A DNA stretch of 64,000 bases from a phage: assembly GCA_019338205.1 (NCBI GenBank), contig GCA_019338205.1_4761.1, one strand, 5' to 3'. The position numbers and the translations under genes are program-made. This document shows positions 7,946-17,349 of the stretch, piece after piece; the first letter of the stretch is position 1; each line of letters begins with the position of its first letter. Under the pieces are notes generated by a model. That model was not told the DNA's origin. It saw nothing but the letters and a program-made list of their open reading frames with translations, and did no database searches.

Positions 7946-8440
7946 ATGTGGGTACAAGATGTTTGGTATACTGTAACTAAAGAAAACCTTGACGCATTCA
8001 GCGACCAATCTTGCGCTAATAGCTCAATTGCTGATATTCTTGAAGATGTGTTTGGTGGTGTAGATAAAATTCGTTTTAAAGTTGTTGTTAATTCTATGGG
8101 GTGTGTAAAAGACCTATATACCGATGATAAAGACCTTGATCTTAAACTTCATCTTCGTATTGATAATGCAAGTCTAGGTTATTGGTTTGAAGATAACGAG
8201 TATGAATACTTCACACCAGCAATTAAAGTTTTTGCAACTAAACTGGAAGCTGTACTAAATCTCCGACCAATTAATGTTGACGGTTACATTATCAAAAATA
8301 TTCAGGAGTGGGATTCATATCTAGATCAGATTATCCGAAATAGTAAGCAGGAAGCCGCTAATAAGAAGCGACAAGAGATCAAACAACTGAAAGCTGAACT
8401 GGAAGCGGCGGAAAAAGAATTAGCAGAACTGGTAAAATAA
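7946..8440 (+). CDS. hypothetical protein with C-terminal coiled coil
   Basis: GAGGATTATATTATG; 164 aa. Confidence 0.55.
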   Translation: MWVQDVWYTVTKENLDAFSDQSCANSSIADILEDVFGGVDKIRFKVVVNSMGCVKDLYTDDKDLDLKLHLRIDNASLGYWFEDNEYEYFTPAIKVFATKLEAVLNLRPINVDGYIIKNIQEWDSYLDQIIRNSKQEAANKKRQEIKQLKAELEAAEKELAELVK

Positions 8441-8449
8441 CTATCAACG

Positions 8450-8471
8450 AGCGGGAGAAATCCCGCTTTTT
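8450..8471 (+). terminator. intrinsic terminator hairpin AGCGGGAGAAATCCCGCT + T-run
   Basis: stem-loop followed by TTTTT. Confidence 0.55.
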
Positions 8472-8484
8472 CATAGGTGATACA

Positions 8485-10347
8485 ATGGAAAAACTAATCA
8501 AAGACATTACAGAGATCGCAACGGGTAAAGAAAACGAAGTAAGCAAAGAGAACGCGAACAAAGACGCGCGAACATTCCCGACACGTCGAGATCTGATTGC
8601 TGGTGCTGTGTCTAAACAGATTGCTAAAACCGTGTTACCTGAGCACATCTATAAAGCGCATGTAGACGGTGATATTCATTATCATGATATGGATTATGCA
8701 CCCGCTATGCCGTTTACTAACTGCTGTCTTGTTAATCTAAAAGACATGTTAGAGAATGGTTTTAAATTGGGTAGCGCACAAATCGAAAGTCCGAAATCAA
8801 TCGGCGTTGCTTGTGCTGTAACCGCTCAAATTATCGCACAGGTGGCAAGTCATCAATATGGCGGGACCACAATTGCAAATATCGATCAGGTGTTAGCGCC
8901 GTATGTTGAGAAAACATATCATAAACACCTTGCTGATGCCGAAACCTACGGAATCAAAGCTAATACTCTCTATGCACAAGAGAAGACAGAAAAAGAAACG
9001 CTAGACGGATATCAGGCGTTGGAATATGAGATCAACACTTTGTTCTCTACCAACGGTCAAACACCTTTTGTGACTTTAACCTTTGGTATGGGTACTAGCT
9101 GGGAAGAAAAACTGATTCAGAAAGCGATCTTGAAAGTTAGAATTAAAGGTTTAGGTAAAGATGGTATAACTCCGGTGTTTCCTAAGCTGGTGATGTTCTT
9201 AGAAGAAGGATTAAACCTTAAACCGGAAGATCCGAACTACGACATTAAGCAACTTGCATTGGAATGTTCTAGTAAGCGTCTTTACCCTGATTATATCTCT
9301 GCGAAGAATAACCGTAGTATCACCGGATCTAGTGTTCCGGTTAGCCCGATGGGTTGTCGTAGCTTCCTGGGTGTGTGGCATAATGAGAAAGACGAGGAAG
9401 TATTAGACGGACGTAATAACTTAGGTGTTGTGACTCTGAATCTTCCGCGTATTGCCCTTATTGCCTCGCGTCGTGCTGGTAAAGCGTCTGTAATGCGCAG
9501 AATTGAGCTATTCGAACAAGAGCTAGCTAATCGTATGCCTATTTGCTTTGATGCGCTCATGAGTCGCGTAGACGCTTTAAAAGGGGCTAAAGCCAATGTT
9601 GCTCCGGTGCTGTATACAGAAGGTGCATTTTTCCGTATTCATCAAAACGATGAAATTTTGGAAGTGCTGAAAGATGGTCGCGCTAGTATCTCTCTTGGAT
9701 ATATTGGTTTACATGAGGTATTGAGCGTCCTGTTTGGTGTTCATCCGTTTGATTCGGAAGATGCGCAGCGATACGGTAAACATATTCTTAAGATCTTGCG
9801 TCATTATACTGAAAAATGGAAGGATGAAACCGGACTTGGGTTTAGTCTTTACGGTACGCCAGCCGAGAGCCTTTGCTATCGATTTAATCGACTGGATCGA
9901 GAGCAATTTGGTATTGTTAAGGGTGCTACCGATAAAGACTGGTACACTAACTCATTCCACCTTGACGTAGACCGGAAAGTCACACCATTTGAGAAAATCG
10001 ACTTTGAGAAAGATTATCACTGGCTGGCGTCCGGTGGCATGATCTCTTATGTTGAGTTCCCAGACATGAAAAACAACCTGAAAGGTCTTGAAACTGTAGT
10101 AGACTATGCAATGGATAAATTGCACTACTTCGGTGTTAATACTCCTTCTGATGTATGTCATGTATGCGGATCTAATAAGGAAATGAGAGCGACCGAGTCT
10201 GGTTTTGTTTGCCCTGATTGCGGCAATGACAATCTGGAAAAGATGAATGTTATCCGTCGCGTTAGTGGATATCTTGGATCTGTTGATCTGCGTCCATTTA
10301 ACCACGGGAAACATTCCGAGATGGTAAACCGCGTTAAGCACATGTAA
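8485..10347 (+). CDS. nrdD: anaerobic ribonucleoside-triphosphate reductase (NrdD)
   Basis: 620 aa; C-terminal Cys cluster CHVCG..CPDCG and glycyl-radical motif RVSGYLG; uninterrupted (no intron evident). Confidence 0.85.
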   Translation: MEKLIKDITEIATGKENEVSKENANKDARTFPTRRDLIAGAVSKQIAKTVLPEHIYKAHVDGDIHYHDMDYAPAMPFTNCCLVNLKDMLENGFKLGSAQIESPKSIGVACAVTAQIIAQVASHQYGGTTIANIDQVLAPYVEKTYHKHLADAETYGIKANTLYAQEKTEKETLDGYQALEYEINTLFSTNGQTPFVTLTFGMGTSWEEKLIQKAILKVRIKGLGKDGITPVFPKLVMFLEEGLNLKPEDPNYDIKQLALECSSKRLYPDYISAKNNRSITGSSVPVSPMGCRSFLGVWHNEKDEEVLDGRNNLGVVTLNLPRIALIASRRAGKASVMRRIELFEQELANRMPICFDALMSRVDALKGAKANVAPVLYTEGAFFRIHQNDEILEVLKDGRASISLGYIGLHEVLSVLFGVHPFDSEDAQRYGKHILKILRHYTEKWKDETGLGFSLYGTPAESLCYRFNRLDREQFGIVKGATDKDWYTNSFHLDVDRKVTPFEKIDFEKDYHWLASGGMISYVEFPDMKNNLKGLETVVDYAMDKLHYFGVNTPSDVCHVCGSNKEMRATESGFVCPDCGNDNLEKMNVIRRVSGYLGSVDLRPFNHGKHSEMVNRVKHM

Positions 10348-10352
10348 TTTTC

Positions 10353-10384
10353 AGCCGATCCGAAAGGGTCGGCTTTTTCGTTTT
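10353..10384 (+). terminator. intrinsic terminator
   Basis: AGCCGATCCGAAAGGGTCGGCT hairpin + TTTTTCGTTTT. Confidence 0.7.
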
Positions 10385-10390
10385 GGGGTG

Positions 10391-10418
10391 TTGACAACCT
10401 GATTAGCTAATGTATAAT
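10391..10418 (+). promoter_or_regulatory. sigma70-like early promoter
   Basis: TTGACA 10391-10396, TATAAT 10413-10418. Confidence 0.55.
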
Positions 10419-10447
10419 GCTCACATCGAAAACAACGAGAGGACAAC

Positions 10448-10990
10448 ATGATGATGATGTTTTGTGTACTGAGCAAAGAAGTTAAACTTCGTAAACTGGA
10501 AATTGGCGATGGTGTTGTTGTTAAAATGCACGCTAGCACATTGGCTAGTTTTAATTTAAAGGAAAGTTTTTTTATTAGAGGAACGGTGGTTAATATCTGC
10601 TGGAGTCAATGCGAAGGAATCCGTAGCTTTTGCGTAATTGACGATGATAATAACCTGTATGTGATTCGCTATCATAATAATTCTGTATTGGTCTATACCG
10701 ACAATTCACGAGAATTATATACTCTTGAATTTGTTAAGCGTACTGATTGCGACCTATTTGTTCGTGCTTATGAAGAAGATGGCTGTTTTGCGACTGAAAC
10801 AGAAACAAATGAATATGTTCCTATGGAAGTAGGGGCAGAAATTAAACACAAGATCACGGATCGTATTTTTAAGGTTGTGGCGGTTGCTCATACTCAATTT
10901 GTAGCGCAAGCGCCGGATGAAGAATTTATTATCTACAATATTGGTAATGCAAGTTCTCATTTTCATAATGTACTATATCGCGACCTTTGA
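10448..10990 (+). CDS. hypothetical protein
   Basis: 180 aa ORF with GAGAGGA RBS. Confidence 0.55.
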   Translation: MMMMFCVLSKEVKLRKLEIGDGVVVKMHASTLASFNLKESFFIRGTVVNICWSQCEGIRSFCVIDDDNNLYVIRYHNNSVLVYTDNSRELYTLEFVKRTDCDLFVRAYEEDGCFATETETNEYVPMEVGAEIKHKITDRIFKVVAVAHTQFVAQAPDEEFIIYNIGNASSHFHNVLYRDL

Positions 10991-11007
10991 TAATGTGTGA
11001 GGTGAAT

Positions 11008-11529
11008 ATGAAATCATTAAACCGTAAGCGTAAAGCACAACGACACAAAGAACGAGCTAAAAAGATTGCTATTGAACTCTGTGAGCGTGAGGATAGCTAT
11101 TTGTCTACTGGTCGTTTGTATACATTCCATGCATTGATTGATGGTAAGCCAGTGTTGCATAATCATGATTGCTTGGCACTGTTTCACGAGATCGAACCAA
11201 TCCATCGTGAATGTGATGACAACAAAGCAAAAGGTCAATATTTCCTTACGTGTTCGTGTGGTCATGCTGGTTGTGCTGGATATTGGGAACCTGTTACTAT
11301 CCGTGAGAAAAATGATACCATTCAATGGGTCGCCCGTACCCGCGATGGTTATGATAAAGGTGCTGATGGTACTGGCGATAACGTAGTTTACTTTAATCGT
11401 GATTGGTATTATATGGCGCGATGTATGATCCTGTTTTATCTTGACTCGATGCCGTATGAATATTTCAGTTTCCAGAATGGGACCGAACTGACAGGGAAGG
11501 AATGGTCTGAATACATTCGAAAAATTTAA
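11008..11529 (+). CDS. hypothetical Cys/His-rich protein
   Basis: GAGGTGA RBS; basic N-terminus; CSCGHAGCAGYW motif. Confidence 0.55.
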   Translation: MKSLNRKRKAQRHKERAKKIAIELCEREDSYLSTGRLYTFHALIDGKPVLHNHDCLALFHEIEPIHRECDDNKAKGQYFLTCSCGHAGCAGYWEPVTIREKNDTIQWVARTRDGYDKGADGTGDNVVYFNRDWYYMARCMILFYLDSMPYEYFSFQNGTELTGKEWSEYIRKI

Positions 11530-11538
11530 AATAAATGC

Positions 11539-11567
11539 TTGACGGGGATCGCGAGATCCCCTATACT
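11539..11567 (+). promoter_or_regulatory. sigma70-like promoter with spacer palindrome GGGGATCGCGAGATCCCC
   Basis: TTGACG 11539-11544, 17 bp spacer, TATACT 11562-11567. Confidence 0.55.
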
Positions 11568-11609
11568 ATATTCATCAAGACGAGATACAACTTTACAGGA
11601 GAATCAAAT

Positions 11610-11762
11610 ATGTGGACTTTACTGATTTGGGAAACTGAAAACGCACAAGTAGAAATCCGTGAATACGAATACCTAAGCCCAGCTTATCTATTAGCATCTC
11701 GCGGTGGTTACTATAAAGCGCAGATTGTAAACGAGTTCGGGGTGATTGAATATGAGTTCTGA
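11610..11762 (+). CDS. hypothetical small protein
   Basis: 50 aa ORF with GGAGAATCAAATATG RBS, downstream of promoter. Confidence 0.4.
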   Translation: MWTLLIWETENAQVEIREYEYLSPAYLLASRGGYYKAQIVNEFGVIEYEF

Positions 11763-12255
11763 TACATACGGCAAACTACGCTATGCCGATATTAAAGATT
11801 GTGATATGGTTAACGGTGAGGGAGTGAGAGTCTCCCTTTACGTTACCGGATGTTCACACGCATGTGATGGTTGCTTTAATGCTAGCCTACTCAATCCTAA
11901 GAACGGGGAACCATTCACCGATGATACAATGGGATTGATTCTGGATCTGCTTAGACCTGATTTTATTCAGGGGCTAACATTCTTAGGTGGCGATCCACTG
12001 TATAAACGCAATTTAAAGGGTGTACAGCGGATCATCGATGAAGTAAAATCATGGATGCCAAATAAAGATATTTGGCTATGGTCTGGTTATACCCTTGACC
12101 AATTGAATGATGAGCAAAGAAAAATTGTAGAATCAGTTGACATGTTCATTGATGGGCGTTATATTAAAGATATGCCAACGAAGAAGCCGTGGCGGGGGTC
12201 TGACAATCAAGTACAATACAAGATTGTTAATAGTATTCCAGTGAAAATTATTTGA
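11746..12255 (+). CDS. nrdG: anaerobic RNR activating enzyme (NrdG, radical SAM)
   Basis: CxxxCxxC cluster GCSHACDGC; adjacent to nrdD. Confidence 0.8.
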   Translation: MNMSSDTYGKLRYADIKDCDMVNGEGVRVSLYVTGCSHACDGCFNASLLNPKNGEPFTDDTMGLILDLLRPDFIQGLTFLGGDPLYKRNLKGVQRIIDEVKSWMPNKDIWLWSGYTLDQLNDEQRKIVESVDMFIDGRYIKDMPTKKPWRGSDNQVQYKIVNSIPVKII

Positions 12256-12265
12256 GGTGATTATT

Positions 12266-12793
12266 ATGAAATGGGAAGTTGGTAAAACTTACAAGATTGA
12301 ATGCGAAGCGTCGAAAGCCGAACTAACTAAATTTTCGTCGTCTATTAACAGATGTATTGTTGACTTGTTGGCTGGTCGCCCGTTTAGGGTAGAAGACCTT
12401 GACGATGATGGTGATGTTAGAGAAATTACTGTTATTGGTAGTAATTTCGACTCTATGACGTTAAAAGAATCCCCTATTGGCTGTTCCGGCGTGTGGTTTT
12501 GGTCGGGTGAGCGTCGTTTCTTTACCGAAGTTACTATTGAACCTAAGATTCCAGATTCGGAAGAAAAAGAAGAAGACCTAACTTTAGAACGCCTGGGTCT
12601 GCTTATGGAAGCCTACGACATTCAGTTGATCGATAAGATGGGGTTACATAATAGCATTGCCAAAATTACTACCCTAGAAGGTATTAAGAGCGTACTGGAT
12701 GGTATGCCTAGCCGGATCGGTGCTATCCGAGAATACAAACAAACGCGCGACCGTATGATCCAATTAGAATCACGTATCAAAAATGAGAGATGA
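12266..12793 (+). CDS. hypothetical protein, MKWEVGKTY family paralog 1
   Basis: N-terminal MKWEVGKTYKIE; C-terminal helical tail. Confidence 0.55.
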   Translation: MKWEVGKTYKIECEASKAELTKFSSSINRCIVDLLAGRPFRVEDLDDDGDVREITVIGSNFDSMTLKESPIGCSGVWFWSGERRFFTEVTIEPKIPDSEEKEEDLTLERLGLLMEAYDIQLIDKMGLHNSIAKITTLEGIKSVLDGMPSRIGAIREYKQTRDRMIQLESRIKNER

Positions 12794-12797
12794 TATT

Positions 12798-13262
12798 ATG
12801 AAATGGGAAGTTGGTAAAACCTATGCGTGGAAAGATGTAAAAGATGCAAACCAATTTTTTAAATGGTATGATGTTGATTATTTGAAATATCTGAGATTAC
12901 CGTTTAAAGTTGCGTCGGTTGATGCGAAAAAAGGATACGTGCGGTCTGTATATCTTCATGATGGAACTTATATGAGTTCAACCGATGTAGGTCTATCTTG
13001 TTGGTTTCTGGATCATGACCGTAGCAGATTTGAAGAAATTATTATTCCAGAAGAATCTAAATTAATTGATCTTCTCAAGTTGGCGATGGATAATTATAAA
13101 ATCCGCTTTGAATGCAAATCACATGCGGCTATCGGTGCTAACGCATTGCGTCATATCTCCAGTTTTGAAGAGTTGAAAGATTTTCTTGACAAAATGCCGG
13201 AAAGAGTGCAAGCTATACAGGAAGCAGAGAAAGCATTAAACGAACTTGATAAAATCGGTTAA
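12798..13262 (+). CDS. hypothetical protein, MKWEVGKTY family paralog 2
   Basis: N-terminal MKWEVGKTYAWKD. Confidence 0.55.
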   Translation: MKWEVGKTYAWKDVKDANQFFKWYDVDYLKYLRLPFKVASVDAKKGYVRSVYLHDGTYMSSTDVGLSCWFLDHDRSRFEEIIIPEESKLIDLLKLAMDNYKIRFECKSHAAIGANALRHISSFEELKDFLDKMPERVQAIQEAEKALNELDKIG

Positions 13263-13274
13263 GGGGAATATATT

Positions 13275-14099
13275 ATGAAATGGGAAATTGGTAAAACTTA
13301 CACCTGGAAAGACGAAAACGCTAAAACTGAGTTTATTACTAACGGAGAAGGTGTTCTTTCTCCACTTAACAGCGATATTAGTGCAGCTATTGGTGACAAG
13401 CCATTTACCATCATCGAGATCGAGGGTAACGGTTGGATTGATGCAATAGAGCTAGACGGTGTTTATCATACGGCGAAAACTGCTACAGGAAAAGACATTT
13501 GGACTGCAACATATTTCTTTAGTCCATTCGATAGAAAATTCTTTCGTGAAGTTGAAGAAGTTCCCCAGAAATGGGAAGTTGGTAAAACTTATACTTGGAA
13601 AGATGTGAATGCTATGACAGACTTCTGCCATTATGCTGAAAACGCATCTAACCTTAATTATGTTATTGCACGAGCAATAAATTATAGACCTTTTACTGTT
13701 AAAAATGTTCGTCCATGTGGGCAAATTGATGTAATTGAAATTGATGGTAAAGACCATACTCTAATGAGCGCAACCGAAGATAGAGACCATAAAGGAACTA
13801 GCTGGTTTATTGATTCTGATAGAAAATTCTTTCGTGAAGTAGAAGAATTGGAAGTTATAACCACTGATTCTAAGATCGTTGGACAGTTGAAACGTCTGTT
13901 TAGTAGTCGTTACGGCCTGACAATGGTTAAATTTGGCGAAGCAAATGAAGGTAAAACCTTTGAACGTTTCGATGATTTCATTGCGGCACTTGACAAGATG
14001 GATGAAATCATGCAAGATCGCCAGAAGATTAAAGACCTTCAAGAAGACATTAAACGTCGTGAAGTTGAATTTTTGATTGGTAAAGAGCGAGGTTGGTAA
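13275..14099 (+). CDS. hypothetical protein, tandem double MKWE(I/V)GKTY domain
   Basis: MKWEIGKTYTWKD at N-terminus and QKWEVGKTYTWKD internally; repeated DRKFFREVEE. Confidence 0.55.
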   Translation: MKWEIGKTYTWKDENAKTEFITNGEGVLSPLNSDISAAIGDKPFTIIEIEGNGWIDAIELDGVYHTAKTATGKDIWTATYFFSPFDRKFFREVEEVPQKWEVGKTYTWKDVNAMTDFCHYAENASNLNYVIARAINYRPFTVKNVRPCGQIDVIEIDGKDHTLMSATEDRDHKGTSWFIDSDRKFFREVEELEVITTDSKIVGQLKRLFSSRYGLTMVKFGEANEGKTFERFDDFIAALDKMDEIMQDRQKIKDLQEDIKRREVEFLIGKERGW

Positions 14100-14100
14100 T

Positions 14101-14583
14101 ATGTTTGTTGCTGGCGTGACCTATCAGTGGAAAGATAAGAAAACGAGAGAAGATTTTGCAAACTTTAGCGTTGCAAATGATGCAATAGCAGAGTTTATAG
14201 GCGACCGTCCATTTAAAGTTATCGCATTTGATCACCATGCATCGGATGTTGATTATGTTTCTGCGATTGAAATTGATGGCACGGTATACACCTGCTGCAA
14301 TGTTGATGATGTACGGGAATACGCGCACAACTGGTTTTTGCAATCAGAAGAACGTCATTTTAAAGTGGTATCGGCAGAACTGACCACTGATGCAATGTTG
14401 GAACAATTTTTCAACAACTACGAAGTTTCTGTACGTCGATACGGTGAAGAGGAAGTATTTAAAATTGATGACTATAATCAGTTTAAACGAGTATTCGCCA
14501 CTAAGATCCAACGTGATATTGAACGCGAGAAGCGCATTAAGGAACTGGAAGAAGAACTAGAAAGATTAAAGGCTGAGAAATGA
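14101..14583 (+). CDS. hypothetical protein, diverged member of same family
   Basis: VTYQWKDKKTREDF..GDRPFKV..AIEIDGTVYT; coiled-coil C-terminus. Confidence 0.5.
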   Translation: MFVAGVTYQWKDKKTREDFANFSVANDAIAEFIGDRPFKVIAFDHHASDVDYVSAIEIDGTVYTCCNVDDVREYAHNWFLQSEERHFKVVSAELTTDAMLEQFFNNYEVSVRRYGEEEVFKIDDYNQFKRVFATKIQRDIEREKRIKELEEELERLKAEK

Positions 14584-14849
14584 TCGAGATATACGGTATA
14601 CCGAAAGAGGCTTATCATTGTTATGGTTGTATTAGTGCAATGAAGCTACTGGATGATCTGGGTATTCCGTATACACTTAAACCAGTATTCAAGCCGGTCG
14701 GGGTTGACATTATTCCCGACCGTGATATGATTGAAGAACTGGCGGGGAGGCTAAACTCAAAGAGCCTCCGGTTTGTATACCCCCAGATATTCATTGACAA
14801 CGAGCACATTGGAGGCTATAAAGAACTGAGGGCGATTTATGATTATTGA
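14580..14849 (+). CDS. glutaredoxin-like protein (NrdH-like)
   Basis: CYGC active-site motif near N-terminus; ~89 aa. Confidence 0.6.
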   Translation: MIEIYGIPKEAYHCYGCISAMKLLDDLGIPYTLKPVFKPVGVDIIPDRDMIEELAGRLNSKSLRFVYPQIFIDNEHIGGYKELRAIYDY

Positions 14850-14997
14850 GAATTTAGTTTCGGTGTTCATTATTGCTTTATTTGCTATAATGACTTTACC
14901 GTTGAAGAAGTGTAAGCACTGTAACGGAACAGGATTGCGTGGTGATGGGTGTTGCGCTCATTGTCATGGATCTGGTAAAGTAAGTATCATTAAGTAA
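14839..14997 (+). CDS. small membrane-anchored protein with two CxxCxGxG zinc-finger motifs
   Basis: 52 aa; hydrophobic N-terminus then CKHCNGTG and CAHCHGSG. Confidence 0.4.
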   Translation: MIIENLVSVFIIALFAIMTLPLKKCKHCNGTGLRGDGCCAHCHGSGKVSIIK

Positions 14998-15018
14998 TTC
15001 TTGAGTGAGGAATATATT

Positions 15019-15306
15019 ATGTTAGTACACAATGCAATCGCACACATGGTTTATTCTCGATTTGGGCGCATGGAAGAAATCAATATTACCGACGCAGATT
15101 TAGATCTGATGCAAGTCGAAGGCCAGACATATCTGAAAAATAACGGCGTGAATATCGGTAAAGCGCGTGTGCGTGAATTGTTAGTTGAATATATTCTCTC
15201 TGAATTTGGCATTAGTGCTTTCGGTGTGAAAGAGATTGCACCTAAGCGCGAAATTTCTGATAAAATGATCAAGAAATGCCAGAAAGCACGACGTAAGGGT
15301 TTCTAA
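15019..15306 (+). CDS. hypothetical protein, translationally coupled to downstream NTPase
   Basis: GAGGAATATATTATG; stop/start TAATG overlap with next gene. Confidence 0.5.
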   Translation: MLVHNAIAHMVYSRFGRMEEINITDADLDLMQVEGQTYLKNNGVNIGKARVRELLVEYILSEFGISAFGVKEIAPKREISDKMIKKCQKARRKGF

Positions 15307-16775
15307 TGAAGATTGAAACATTAATTGCATTGCCAGCGGCGGGGAAAACTGATGCTATACTTTCCCACGTCCTAGAGACAAAAGAAAAAGCGGTTATTGC
15401 TTCGCCATCTCGTGTTTTAAGTGAACAATCTTACAATAAGTTTAAAAGAATGGGCGGTCGTGCTGTCTTGATTGATAGCACAAGACTAAGAAGCCTTAAG
15501 ACAGTGCAAGCGTCGATAATGCAATCAGTTAAAGACGGTGCTGATGTGATATTCATTACACATACAGCGTTATCTAATATGGAACGTTCAAAAATGTTTG
15601 GTGAATATGCTCTTTACATTGATGAAGTTCCTCAACTGGTTGAATTTAATGAGTATCCGTTTAAGTCTAATCTTGAACTTATCACGAAGCATTGCGAACC
15701 AATCGCCGACGAATCGGAATGCCTACAGAACTTAGTTCTAAAAGACTCTGAGAAGGCCGTTATCAAAGAAAAGATAGAAAGTGCAAAGGATGGTACTGAT
15801 ATGATCGATTCTTCTCTTAGAGGGCTTTATGAGGCGTTATTAGAGAAGAAAATCAACGTTATGGTAAAACATAACGAAGGACACCGGAAGAATGGGTCGA
15901 AAATTGTTTTCTTGAACGATAACAAACACGGTACGTGGGGAGACTTTAAAAAGGTTACGATAGCATGTGCAAATCTCTTTGATACATATAGCGGGAAGTA
16001 TCTACGATACTATGCAAATTGCGATTTTGTTCCGAGTGCGCTAGAATCCAGACTATATTTCAAAGAGTATAAAAATACAGATAGAGTTAATATCATCCTT
16101 ATGACGGACTCTGAACGATGGTCGCGTCACCAGTCAGAAACAAACAATACCTTTGAACGTCTTGTTGATATGGTTAAAAATGAATGTGGCGATGACTTCA
16201 TTTATACCGTGAATCGGGACCGAGAAGCGTGTACAAATGGTATTGGTGAGCGGATACCTTACGGATCTTATGGTCTTAACTCTTACATTCATCATAAAAA
16301 TGTTGCTGTGATGTTCAGCTTTAACCCGCAACGATGGGAGATTGATATTTTAAAAGGTCTTGCTAATAGTTGTGATCTCCCGACAAACGAGTTTTTGAAA
16401 GCGCGTCATGTGTCTGATTATCTGGAACCAGCATTTCAATTATGTTTGCGTTGTAACCTGAGAGACAACGAGAGCAAGGAGAATGTTAATCTATATGTTC
16501 CTGATTTGGCGTTGGTAGATTATCTAAAAACGTTTCTACCTGATGCCAATGTAATAACAGACCGAATGATTCCGCTAGAATGTGGTGAGCGTAAAGGGCG
16601 AAAATCATTTAAAAAGATGTTCGATTTTAACGAGCAAGAGAATGCAAGATTTAACGGATTTAAGTACCGCATGAAGAAAAAGGGAAAAACTCTTGATCCG
16701 TCTGACGGTGAATCTGTAGAGATGGTTAGAGTGTGGATAACTAAGCAAAGAAAGTATAATGGTAATGGGGAATAG
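15306..16775 (+). CDS. P-loop NTPase of unknown function (Walker A/B, helicase-like N-terminal domain)
   Basis: LPAAGKT Walker A, YIDEVPQ Walker B-like; 489 aa, no match to a T4 core gene that I recognise. Confidence 0.55.
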   Translation: MKIETLIALPAAGKTDAILSHVLETKEKAVIASPSRVLSEQSYNKFKRMGGRAVLIDSTRLRSLKTVQASIMQSVKDGADVIFITHTALSNMERSKMFGEYALYIDEVPQLVEFNEYPFKSNLELITKHCEPIADESECLQNLVLKDSEKAVIKEKIESAKDGTDMIDSSLRGLYEALLEKKINVMVKHNEGHRKNGSKIVFLNDNKHGTWGDFKKVTIACANLFDTYSGKYLRYYANCDFVPSALESRLYFKEYKNTDRVNIILMTDSERWSRHQSETNNTFERLVDMVKNECGDDFIYTVNRDREACTNGIGERIPYGSYGLNSYIHHKNVAVMFSFNPQRWEIDILKGLANSCDLPTNEFLKARHVSDYLEPAFQLCLRCNLRDNESKENVNLYVPDLALVDYLKTFLPDANVITDRMIPLECGERKGRKSFKKMFDFNEQENARFNGFKYRMKKKGKTLDPSDGESVEMVRVWITKQRKYNGNGE

Positions 16776-16815
16776 CCCGAAAGGGTTATTTCCTAAATAA
16801 TAGCGAGGGTGCGAA

Positions 16816-17349
16816 GTGTCTGATTATGTAAACAATAAAGAGCTTTACGAAGAAATTTGCCGTTGGAAACAACAAATTGCAGCAGAAGGTCGGCAAGTTC
16901 CAATGAGCGATCAAATCGGCCTAGCAATTATGCAAATCTCTAAAAATCTATCACGTCGTTTTAACTTTTCTGGTTATAGTCAAACATGGCGCGAAGAAAT
17001 GATCGACGACGGAATCGAAGCGGCGGTCAAGGGTTTGATTAATTTTGACGAGACAAAGTATAAAAATCCTCATGCTTACATCACGCAAGCGTGCTTTAAT
17101 GCTTTTGTACAGCGCATTAAAAAAGAGAGAACAGCGACAGCCGCAAAATACAAATATTTTGTGCATCATGTATATGACGAACGCGACGCTGATATGTGCC
17201 AGATTGCTGATGAGGCATTCATACAGGACATTTACGATAAAATCAACAACTACGAGGAATCGGTCAATAAACCGAAAGCGCCAAAGGTTGAAGATGTATT
17301 GACCGAGGAATTGCCTAGCCTGGACCAATTTTATGAGATTGAAAATTAA
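16816..17349 (+). CDS. 55: late-transcription sigma factor gp55
   Basis: [48 protein letters not shown] match T4 gp55 as recalled; GTG start. Confidence 0.85.
   Translation: MSDYVNNKELYEEICRWKQQIAAEGRQVPMSDQIGLAIMQISKNLSRRFNFSGYSQTWREEMIDDGIEAAVKGLINFDETKYKNPHAYITQACFNAFVQRIKKERTATAAKYKYFVHHVYDERDADMCQIADEAFIQDIYDKINNYEESVNKPKAPKVEDVLTEELPSLDQFYEIEN

Noticed and set aside
9952-10341. 129 aa minus-strand ORF inside nrdD (and similar antisense ORFs 9291..9596, 9709..9906)
   Set aside because: Fully embedded antisense to a well-supported conserved gene; no RBS; typical spurious ORF.
8485-10347. Possible group I intron or homing endonuclease in nrdD (present in T4)
   Set aside because: The ORF is continuous across all conserved NrdD motifs and no GIY-YIG/HNH ORF is present; no intron evident.
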